This document shows, piece after piece, positions 41,928 to 53,039 of a stretch of DNA of 64,000 nt (positions are counted from its first letter, which is position 1; the number at the start of each line of letters is the position of its first letter). A model generated the notes under the pieces. That model did not search any database. It was given only the letters and a program-made list of their open reading frames with translations, and was not told the origin of the DNA. The DNA is from Octopus vulgaris. Lineage: Eukaryota. The DNA lies in the NCBI GenBank assembly GCA_951406725.2, contig OX597821.1, positions 32,240,001 through 32,304,000 of the forward strand. Reading direction: 5' to 3'. A program made the position numbers and the translations under genes.

Positions 41928-42245
41928 TGCTGACGGACGGGGCCGTTGGTATCGCTTTCATTTTATCATTTTTTTTCGTTTAACACTTCATGTTCATATA
42001 GTTTAATTATAATGTTCTATGTCCCCATGTTTTGTTATGTCCGCCATTCTTCGTAGCCCCTTAGTGGGTAATAAAGAAATACGCGTTTTTTTGCGCTCTG
42101 TAAAATTCGGTTAAAAAAGAAAAAAGAACAAAAAGTGAATTGTGGTTGCGGAATTGGAACGTCGGTTGGTGCGGTTTCGCGTCGCACTGGTTCTGTGCGT
42201 CGCACGTTTTCTGTTCGGGAGGCCGTTTTTCGGTCTGAGGCGACT

Positions 42246-43609
42246 ATGAGCCGCCTCTACCAAACGGATGAGATGGAAGGGAGAAATTTCTCTGAAAATT
42301 CGTCGACATCTGAGGAGGAGTTGGCGGTGAAAAAAATGGAAAGCACCTACGCAGGTATAACGAAGAAGTCAACAGAAAAAGAGATAGACCTGGCTAAGTT
42401 GACGGGCTTCCAGGAGTTCATGAAGGAGGAGGAGAACGGAGAGGTTGAGCTGTTGCCTCTAGCAGGGCGCGGAGACTGGTTCCATCGTAGAACCATTAAA
42501 TATAAAGTATTTCTGAATGGAGGTAGAAAAATGGAAGTGATTAACATGGAAGCAATTGAAGAGGCTTTCAAACAGTCAGGAGAAGAAATTGTGTACATGA
42601 CAAAAGGATTAGAATATGGAACCATAACGGTACAATTTAAAAGTGAGAAAGCAGCCAGGAATATAGCAGCCAAGGTGGTGAGTACAGAAAAGTTTTACTT
42701 GTTCCCTTCGTATTTGAATAGAAGGACCACCAGAATTAGGGTGGAAGGAATACCTCCACACCTAGAGGGCTAATTAATAACGGCTGCGGTTATCAAAGGA
42801 AATGAAGATAAAGTGGACATCCTCCACGCCATTATGAACTATGAAGGCGTGAGAGGTGCCACACTAGTAATGAACATACAGACGGAGGCGGAAGTTATAG
42901 AAAAGCTTACGGACAGTATAAAAACTGGAAATATTATTATGAGAGTGTGGGTGGAGGGTAGGGCGCCCAGGTGCTACAAGTGTGGCCTGAGGGGTCACAT
43001 AAGAGCCTACTGCCCTCCCCCACCAAAGGAAAAAGAAAAAGAAATCGTCGCGGAAGCCCCAAAAGAGGAAGAAACCAAAGAGAACCAAAGGGAAAAAGAA
43101 ACGACAGAAGAAGAGGAGATGCAAGCAGAGTGGGAAGAAGGAAGAAAAAAGAGAAAAAGAAAGAAAAAGAAAAACTGTGCGAAGCCCCAACCCACCCAAC
43201 ACCACCCGCACCCTCTGAATTCCACCCTTCCCCTGCAGACAGTGAACCCACCTGCTCCCCTCCAACAAGAAAACAAAAGAAAAATAATAATACAGACAGA
43301 CAAGAGTTTGAAAACGAACCCAGGCCGAACATTTATATTGTGACTGAACAGAAAGAGGTTGAAAGGGTAATGGAGGAGTATGAATGGTATGAAATGGATG
43401 GGATCAGATATGCAGTGCTGGAAAAGAAGAATATAGATGAGTTTGTGTTGAGGTGTGAAAGGGAGAATTGGGAGGTGAAAGATACAATAACGAGCGATGA
43501 ATTCGTGGAATATATGGAGGACAGTTTCGGAGTAAGAATGGATATGGATGGTCTTCGTATTGGGAATGAACATTCAGGTGACAGTGAAAACAAAAGGACA
43601 GGTAAGTGA
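42246..43609 (+). pseudogene. U10 diverged subfamily ORF1/gag-like copy (stop at 42771-42773, 1-bp deletion near 43195)
   Basis: Collinear homology: EYGTITVQFKSEKAARNIA, PSYLNRRTTRIRVEGIPP, RVWVEGRAPRCYKCGLRGHIRAYC, RCERENWEVKD, ending KRTGK*. Confidence 0.85.
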
Positions 43610-43754
43610 TGCTGGCGGAGGGGGCCGTTAGCATCGCTTTCATATTATCATTTTTCATTTTCATTTGCTCATAAATTTAATCATATTGTTCTATGTCCCC
43701 CATGTTTTGTTATGTCCGCCATTCTTCGTAGCCCCTGATGGGTAATAAAGAAAT

Positions 43755-44060
43755 AACATGGAGGAAAGCACCTTCGAAAAGTGTCTTGGTGCGACTATGA
43801 AAGGTATCTAATCAGAGGCGGTAAATTCGCCACAATAGAAGCAAGGTTCGAGTCAACGGAGCGTGCAAGGGAGTACTCGACTCGGACTTGCAAAGTGGAA
43901 ATATTTAAGTTTGATCTTTATATCTGGGACGCAGGACGTCCCGGAAAAAAATTTAAAATACCCACCCCCCGCGAAGTAGAGGTACGCTGGATTGTAGCCA
44001 CACTTCTATACAAGAGGGAGGACAAGATCCAATTGATCGAAATTACAAGAAACGGGCTAA
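43755..44060 (+). pseudogene. Right piece of the older ORF1 homologue interrupted by the array
   Basis: With frameshifts reads YLIRGGKFATIEARFESTERARE..YLGRRTSR..PREVEVRWIVATLL..EDKIQL, matching unit FLTRGSKYGTVVVHFKSESVARK..YLNRRITR..PNVEAEWIVAAVI..EDEVDI. Confidence 0.8.
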
Positions 44061-44243
44061 CAATTCCAGTCTGTTATATATTTTGAGTATTTTTATCACT
44101 AGCGATACCAAGATATAACTTTGTATTTTGTATTTTATGTGTAGATGTATATATATTGATGTACATGTAATATGTACACATATATATACACATATATACA
44201 TGCACTAGCACTATGACCCGGCAATGACGGGTATTTAATGCTA

Positions 44244-44280
<37 letters not shown>

Positions 44281-45266
44281 CGTTTCAAGCGACTACTGTT
44301 TTATTGAAGCTGCAAAATTGTCACACAATTTTCGTGTGATAATTTTGGAGCTTTAGTAAAAAGCATATTACTCTAAGTTCGGTAGTCGAGTACAATCTCT
44401 TCCACCTCGTTTTACACTTATGTGCTCACCTGTGTGTATATATATATGTGTGTGTGTGTGTATGCGTGCGTGCCTGAGTGTGTGTATGTGCATATGCGCT
44501 TGTGTGTGTGTGTATTTTGTATGAATGCTTGGTATCATGTCGAGTTATAATAAAAGGTGAATTTACATTTAATTGAAGCGTTACATATACTTCTTGTTGA
44601 GTACAGCTTAACGTCCTAGATATAAGGAGATACTTATAACGAAATGCGTGTTATAAGATATTACACAAGGTAATTAAGGTCACAATTTTTTTTGACCGCC
44701 AATCTTCGCGCAAAAGACGCCTCTAGGGATGCGCGACAAAACGGCTACCGCCAAAATAACTATAACTTGCCGAGCTAAATAAAATCCGAGGTAGATATCT
44801 CCTTCATTGATAAGAATTGCCTAAAAAGTGATTCGAAATATATAATGTGCAACATAGTTATATAGCAGACGGCATATCAATTGAAGAAGACAGGTGACAG
44901 GTTGCGTATGTGACAGCAGAAAGCAAACTGTTGTTGCACTGCCAATCAGTTTACTTACGTTAGAGCTAAGCTATGGACAAGCAACAGACAAGAGTTGACA
45001 TTCTATAATCTCACACGCCGAAGTTACTACGATGCACGCAAGCATGTATGTATGTATGTATGTATGTATGTATGTGTGAGGATGTATGCCTGTATGTGTA
45101 TGTGTATATATGTATATGTATAATTATATGCGTGTATGTGTATGTATGCGTGTATGTATATGTTCACATACATACAATCTGTACGTTGATTCGTGGTTAC
45201 TTGTAAAGAGTTGAGAGCATAGTGAATATGTAGCGATGAGAGAAAATATATTTCTTTATAATATAG

Positions 45267-45352
<86 letters not shown>

Positions 45353-45898
45353 TCATGTATGTGTGTAAAAATTACACATATATAAATGCAAATATATATC
45401 TCTGTGCGTGTGTTTGTGTTTGTATGTGTATGTATGTGTGAATGTACATACGTATGTATGTATGTCTGTATGTATGTATGCATGTATGTATGTATGTATG
45501 TATGTATATATGTGTGTATCATGTATTTATATACGTATGTATGTATGTATGTCCTACATGATACAGACTTAATAAAACTTTGCGAAATTTCCCCACGTGA
45601 TACACATTCATGATTTTGACGAACGTCCTCGAGGACAATGCTACTCAATCTTCTATGCTGTGATTACGTTGTCACTTTCGATACCACCCTACGTTCTACT
45701 GTCATAATTATTTAATTAACAGGAACATTAACATGATCGTGAGGGCTATCATCCGCCTTGTTCTCGTTGTCATCACCGACGTCAATATCAATGTCGTGAA
45801 TATTAGAAACACTGATTCTACCATCATTGTTAATATTATTAATCATTATTCTTCTTCTTTTTCTTCTTCTATTCTTCTTCTTCTTCTTCTTCTTCTTC

Positions 45899-45938
<40 letters not shown>

Positions 45939-45964
45939 CATTATTATTATTATTATTATTATTA

Positions 45965-45998
<34 letters not shown>

Positions 45999-46018
45999 CA
46001 TTATTATTATTATTGTTA

Positions 46019-46055
<37 letters not shown>

Positions 46056-46066
46056 CATTATTATTA

Positions 46067-46545
46067 CCTTTTCACAGCTTCTAACGCTGGAGATGTACTA
46101 CGGTGTCAGCTGTTCACTACCCCATATTTCCTGAGTAATTGAGCGGCTCCAAGCAGTGCTGTTTTCTGCAAGTTCTCCACCCTTATTGCAGCTCCTATCT
46201 GTTTCATGTATTTCTCAAGATTTTTACTAACTGTTCCCACGGAACCGACAATTATTGGTATTACTACCACCTTTTTCATCGACCACAACTGCTTAACTTC
46301 CCAAGCTAATCTGTCATATCTCTCGACTTTTCTTTCTTCCTTATCGCACACCTTGTTGTCAGCTGGGCATACTATATCTATGATTCAGCATAGTTTGTTT
46401 TCTTTCTCAATTAAGGCATTGTCTGGCTTCCTATTCTCTATCTCATGGTCGCACTGAATAATAAAATCCCACAGGATTTTTGCATTATCATTTTCGATGA
46501 TGCCTTCCGGTGTATAGTCGTACCAATTTTTTGCTCTGCCAAGGA
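46067..46545 (-). mobile_element. 3' end of an R4/Dong-clade non-LTR retrotransposon (REL endonuclease domain) abutting (TAA)n
   Basis: KILWDFIIQCDHEIENRKPD..IIDIVCP..K..Y..L..VVVIPIIVGSVGTV..LQKTALLG; 3' end runs into the (ATT)n tract 45901-46066. Confidence 0.85.
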
Positions 46546-46789
46546 TAGCATTTATTCCAACAAATAATAAATATACAAAGGACATAAACATTTTATGTCG
46601 ACCTGTTTTACTCTCGCTCCCTTCCTCCCTTTCTTTCTCTTCGTCCATCCCTTCCATTAAGTTTCTAACACTCTTTCTATATCTCTCCTCCCCCTCCCAC
46701 TAGTTCTCGCTTCGGTTTTCTTTTTCTTTCTCTCTGTCCTCCTGCAAATATGACATGACAATAGCATTACGCTTATGTTAACTCACTAT

Positions 46790-47151
46790 ATACTCTCTTT
46801 ACTCTTTTACTTGTTTCAGTCATTTGACTGCGGCCATGCTGGAGCACCGCCTTTAGTCGAGCAAATCGACCCCGGGACTTATTCTTTGTAAGCCCAGTAC
46901 TTATTCAATCGGTTTTTTTGCCGAACCGCTAAGTGACTGGGACGTAAACACACCAGCATCGGTTGTCAAACAATGCTAGGGGGACAAACACAGACACACA
47001 CACACATACACGCACACATACATATATATACATGTATACGACAGGCTTCTTTCAGTTTCCGTCTACCAAATCCACTCACAACGCATTGGTCGGCGTGAGG
47101 AACCATGTGTCTGGTAAGCAAGCTACTTACCACACAGCCACTCCTGCGCCT
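46790..47151 (-). mobile_element. SINE family 1 (internal deletion)
   Basis: Homologous to the other copies. Confidence 0.85.
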
Positions 47152-48406
47152 ATACACAGATTTCTTTTATTTGTTAGGCAACGATTCAATGATATTAGCA
47201 AGTTTTAATTCCTAGTTCAATCTGTTTCACGTTCTTCAGATACTTGCAAAACTATGAACGTTAGCATAAAAGATATTCTGCATTCAATAAAATTTGTGCA
47301 TTTGTGTCTTATTAATATTCAGTATATTCAACAAAAATTTACCATATACGCAAATACCGGTAATTTTCTTCAACCCATGTGATTACTTCATTGCACAAAT
47401 ATGAGTATTTCAACAGATGAGTTGGTGCATATATTAGGTGACTGTTTACAAATATTCTTTTATAGATCTGTATTTGTAAATGTTTGATTGTGAGAATTTG
47501 CAACGTAATTGTACATTTACTTCCTTGTTTTGAGATTGCATGCTGTATGAATTTCGATGGATATTGAAATATTTGAATGTCAAGATTCCAGAATATTTCA
47601 CAAACATGCATTAGGTTCAAGTATTCTCGAATTTTATGCTATGTGCATGCTTGTGTGATTAAAATAATATTACTGTGTTTCGATGTTTTATTACCATTTC
47701 TTAAGTATGTCCTTCATGTTATATTTGTTTCAAGAATGGTTGCTCCCTGTAAAATGCGGTAGTTCATTTCTGTTTCAAAATGTGTTTGTGCGTTCTACTG
47801 TGTCTTTAGTTGCGTATTTTGTGATGAGTAATTGGTGTAAGAGCGCGTATACATGTATGTATTGCATTCACGTCGATGCGAGTAGGAATTTGCATTCTCT
47901 AAATCCGCGAAAATGTCTTCTATTGTTTTTATTTCATTCCGCAAATTCTAAAGTTCAACTAAAGTTCATTAGAATTGTAAAATCTCAGATCCGCTCACCT
48001 TCAAGAAAACAACCGAAAAAGACAGAAAATACAATGTATCTGCGTTCTTTATTTCAAAAACACTTAGAGTGCATCGGAAAAGGAAACCTGTTGCATATTG
48101 TTGTTTTGTATCATTGCTAAAATGTTTGTGTTGAATAACAGGCATTCCTTTCTTTTTCAGTTTAGTATTTTTGGCCAGGGAATTGTTTGCACACACTAAA
48201 ATCTAATGAGATAGTTTTTATTCTTTTCTATTACCTTTTAGGCAGTTATTCATTCAGTCTAAACGAAAATTCTCTGATTATTTTTTCTTATTTTGAGATG
48301 AGTTGTTATTAAAAAAAAAAGAATAGTTTAATAATTTGTATGCAATATTTACTTCATATTCCACCGTTCCATTCACACTCTCTTTCCGTCTCTCTCTTTC
48401 TTTCTT

Positions 48407-48507
<101 letters not shown>

Positions 48508-49335
48508 ATTACAATGTTTTGATTTTAAAATTTAATGTTACCAAATTGCTAATTACAAGATGTATATTTTTTTTAGCCATACAACAGGATCCAAGTATTC
48601 GGTATGATTTGTAAATGCTTCATGTATACCAGCCTTAGTTGGCGCGTTCGGCACCAGTTCTTTTTTTTTTCTTTTTTGGGATTCCTCATTGATTAACTAA
48701 ATATCAACGGAAAACATATCAACAGCTAGCCTTGGAGTTGGATTCTGTCTACAAGGAGTATCAGACCACTAAGATTTGCATAGAGATATCCCTTCCTGTC
48801 TAAAACTATACACACATAAACTAGTCATTAACAAAATACTAGAATATAACGGGCTTATCTTGTGGATAATCTTGTGGATATCTTGTCGATAATCAAAGTC
48901 GAGAAATGACTCATGTTGTTGAATGTATTTCTTTCAATTTTTTAACTCTTATGACAATGTAAAAAAGTTTTTTTCTAAAGAACAGAACATTACTGACACA
49001 TATGTATACGTGTGTGCGTGGGTGTGGTTTAATGTGTATGTGTTTGAGAGTGTATCTGTGCGTGTGTGTGTGCATTTTTGTATGTATATATGTATACAGG
49101 AGTGGATCTGTGGTAAGATGGGGACTATAAAATTACTTTTTTCAGCTTCTCGAAATTCGACATGGGAAACATTTAAAACCTTCTACGCCAGTAAACTACT
49201 CCTGTTCTTCAAAGTTTCTTTCATACCTTCTACGGAATGCTTGAAGCTTACTGACATCCTATACCTGTATATTTGAATCTTACACGTACATATTATATTA
49301 TATTATATTATATTAAGAATATATCTATCTATCTA

Positions 49336-49441
<106 letters not shown>

Positions 49442-50308
49442 TATTTTATAGAAGGAGCTTCTACAGGACTAGAACTGTTTCATTCATATATATAATTTTT
49501 GCATATATGTGCATACTATGATACGCAGCTGAAAAAAATCGATACGTAGAGACTGAGAGAGCAGAACATGTAGTATAACTCTAGTTTTTTTTCATTATTA
49601 TTGCAGTATTAGATTTAATTAGTATTATAAAAAAATTAAAAAGTAACTCCTAAAAGCGCAATAGGTATTATCCGCATAAAATCCCGATAAACTTGAATAT
49701 GTTGAAGCATGAGTTGGGAAATATAAATGAATATAGATTTGATCATCAAAGCATCGCACGTAAGTTGCAATAAGCAGATATGCATACACGTAACTAATTT
49801 TTCTACGAATACCTTGATAGAATATCGTACTGAAATCGTAAAAGTAATCTTTGAAATATCTCGAAAAAGATCAAAAGCCAAAATTGCATTCAGATGAGAT
49901 GTATTATTCATGGAGAGAGAGACATTAAGAAATGGTGAGAGTAAGAAGAGGGGGGGATTGAACAAGAGAAGAGATAGAAATACATAACTAGATTGACATG
50001 AATTATCCTCGTTCTATTTCTCAAAGGGGCAGAAGAATTAGATAGGGTTACAGTGATGAAGTAAGAACAAAACTATATTGGCACGCACAGACATAAAGAC
50101 ACACAAACAAACGCACACTGACACACAAACGAACACGTACTCTCTCTCTATCCCTCTCTCGATCACCTCTTTTTCACTCTTTCTATGGTTGAATGTGTAC
50201 ATATATGTGTACTTTAGGTATAAACTTACTGATACAAATACATGTGGATATGTGTGGGGGTTGCCAGTGTATGCGTGTATGTATGTGCATGCATAGAAAT
50301 ACATATAA

Positions 50309-50355
<47 letters not shown>

Positions 50356-50496
50356 TATATACACATATATATTGATTTATATATTTTTACACATATATAT
50401 ATTTGTATATACATACATACACACACACACACATATATATATACAAAGAGCGATATCTTAAGATATTTCTAAAACCCATCCATGGATTATTTAATA

Positions 50497-50600
<104 letters not shown>

Positions 50601-50607
50601 TTTATTA

Positions 50608-50650
<43 letters not shown>

Positions 50651-50667
50651 CATTATTATTATTATTG

Positions 50668-51219
50668 AGTGAGAGAGCAGTTCATGCCATCAGAGTGACA
50701 CTTGGGTAAAATATACGAAGCCCAATATACCCATCATGACTACCCGTCTGATAAAGGTACACCAGGCACATGCATCACAACCATATGTGCGCGACATGGT
50801 GATCTCATATCAAGATAAACAGCACATGACCTTGCAGGTGGGGCCCAATTAGAATTTTCTTCAGGTTGAGTAGCCCATCCCGCTCAAAAGGTCCCTGAAT
50901 AAGGGTTGTTTAAGGATGTTGAAAGAACCACCCATGTTTCCAGAGGTGAACTATTCAAACCCCAAAGAATCCCTCTCAACACATGGCTATGATGCTCCCC
51001 CACTACTTCTGCTCGTGATCAGAGATGCACATATCGTCAGCCACTAAGGGACATGCTCAACTGGTTAAGGTCAAACAACTGACAAGCAAATCTGTGGTAT
51101 TGAGCAGAATATTTGTTGTAGCCCATCTTTTATACCAAGACAAAACAATGTACATGATAACACTTCCAATCAGTTAAGATCAGAAGCCATGAGAGCCACT
51201 GCCTGGTACTCCATCAGTA
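50668..51219 (-). mobile_element. ~550-bp retroposon-like insert between (ATT)n tracts
   Basis: Complex, higher-GC sequence with (ATT)n at 50497-50667 and (ATT/ATC)n at 51219-51380. Strand and family are inferred. Confidence 0.5.
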
Positions 51220-51222
51220 TTA

Positions 51223-51381
<159 letters not shown>

Positions 51382-51588
51382 TTATCCTACACTATATCAG
51401 TACAACTAGGTGAGAACCAAAAAAACTGGCATCACCAGTTGGTATCAATATGCTGTAATTGGCATAATGGAATGGCAGCTTTGATAGGCATATTCAAAAC
51501 GTTTCCCGTAAACTTAAAGGATAGAGATACATACATCCATATATATATATACATACATACATATATAAACATATGCATATACAATACA

Positions 51589-51625
<37 letters not shown>

Positions 51626-51903
51626 TTAATAAGGGTGAGAGAATTAGATACTAATTTAATAGTATATTTATTCCACACCAAGTGGCCTAGTGCTACGAGA
51701 AACCTGGATTATTATAATATTTTATAACATATTATAATATTTTCACAAAATAAATATAAGAGAGTGTTCACTATATTGATCACTCTAGCACTAGTTAATC
51801 CAAGAGGTTTCAACCACGAAAAATACATGTTTCCCATGAAAGCCGGTACGACTGTTAGTTCACACGGACAGGGCAAATAAAAAATAACAAAAATACAGAT
51901 TAT

Positions 51904-51981
51904 CTTGGGACAATTGTTTCGCTATTAATGAATTAAATGTAATATTACTTACAGTAATCCATTTGTAGCTCTTCAGCCAAG
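51904..51981 (-). ncRNA. Minimal type-I hammerhead ribozyme (inverted copy)
   Basis: Reverse complement of 52535-52612. Confidence 0.85.
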
Positions 51982-52534
51982 GCTATCTTGATGAAATCCA
52001 CTCAATCACACGCCAGATTTTACCATAACGATAATTACGCGTGCGGTTCAATTGATTACATCGGACGTTATAATTCAAATGCCCCAACCAACAGCGCGCC
52101 AAACTCTCACGGAAAAACAAATACAGCATTTAGAAATAAATGCAGCATAATTATAATTAATTAATAAGGGTGAGAGAATTAGATACTAATTTAATAGTAT
52201 ATTTATTCCACACCAAGTGGCCTAGTGCTACGAGAAACCTGGATTATTATAATATTTTATAACATATTATAATATTTTCACAAAATAAATATAAGAGAGT
52301 GTTCACTATATTGATCACTCTAGCACTAGTTAATCCAAGAGGTTTCAACCACGAAAAATACATGTTTCCCATGAAAGCCGGTACGACTGTTAGTTCACAC
52401 GGACAGGGCAAATAAAAAATAACAAAAATACAGGCATTTGAATTATAACGTCCGATGTAATCAATTGAACCGCACGCGTAATTATCGTTATGGTAAAATC
52501 TGGCGTGTGATTGAGTGGATTTCATCAAGATAGC

Positions 52535-52612
52535 CTTGGCTGAAGAGCTACAAATGGATTACTGTAAGTAATATTACATTTAATTCATTAATAGCGAAAC
52601 AATTGTCCCAAG
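52535..52612 (+). ncRNA. Minimal type-I hammerhead ribozyme
   Basis: CTTGG-CTGAAGA-GCTA..TAGC-GAAA-CAATTG-TC-CCAAG: intact core, paired stems I and II, palindromic stem III, GUC site. Confidence 0.85.
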
Positions 52613-52763
52613 ATAATCTGTATTTTTGTTATTTTTTATTTGCCCTGTCCGTGTGAACTAACAGTCGTACCGGCTTTCATGGGAAACATGTATTTTTCGT
52701 GGTTGAAACCTCTTGGATTAACTAGTGCTAGAGTGATCAATATAGTGAACACTCTCTTATATT

Positions 52764-52804
<41 letters not shown>

Positions 52805-53039
52805 GGAGTTGGACAATATAATTTATAGATCTTAAAATTTCAAACAAATTTATTTTGATATGGGGTTGGACCAAACCAAACTTGGCAGTAATTAGAGCTT
52901 GAACTCCACGATGTATTGACTCGTACAAAATTTTAATATTTTCCAAAGGAATGTTTGCCTATTATTTAGCTAAAACAGTCTCCTATTATTGTAGAGATGA
53001 TGGTGAAGGATATCGACTCCTTGTTTTTCTAAAATGCAC

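Larger units (their letters stand above)
26484..43754 (+). repeat. Head-to-tail array of ten ~1.7 kb ORF1/gag-only retroelement-like units (U1 26484-28214, U2 -29934, U3 -31667, U4 -33401, U5 -35121, U6 -36853, U7 -38585, U8 -40321, U9 -42080, U10 -43754)
   Basis: ORF starts recur at 26646, 28366, 30100, 31833, 33553, 35287, 37019, 38751, 40510 (spacing 1720-1759 bp). Each unit ends GCCCC(TTAG/TGA)TGGGTAATAAA(A/G)AAAT and abuts the next unit's leader ending AAAATTCGGT. Confidence 0.97.
25943..44244 (+). mobile_element. Helitron-type termini bracketing the array (putative 18.3 kb non-autonomous Helitron)
   Basis: 5' A|TCTTTATATATATAAAA followed by GTCT/GT repeats at 25943. 3' ACCCG-GCAATGA-CGGGT hairpin then CTAG|T at 44241-44245. 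The 3' end is homologous to the small Helitron end at 56041-56091. Confidence 0.55.
51621..52769. repeat. Compound direct plus inverted duplication of a Penelope-type terminal repeat
   Basis: 51621-51898 is repeated directly at 52156-52433; 51747-52083 is repeated inverted at 52433-52769. Confidence 0.9.

Noticed and set aside
26761-43664. Recurrent minus-strand ORFs of 60-349 aa in each unit
   Set aside because: Antisense shadows of a purine-rich coding strand, with no motifs and inconsistent lengths.
26484-43754. Array as LTR retrotransposon, CRISPR-like array or telomere
   Set aside because: No LTRs, PBS or pol; no unique spacers; no (TTAGGG)n, and ordinary DNA continues on both sides.
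47240-48200. Possible host exons here and at 5900-6880
   Set aside because: Short ORFs with no recognisable domain or convincing splice structure.
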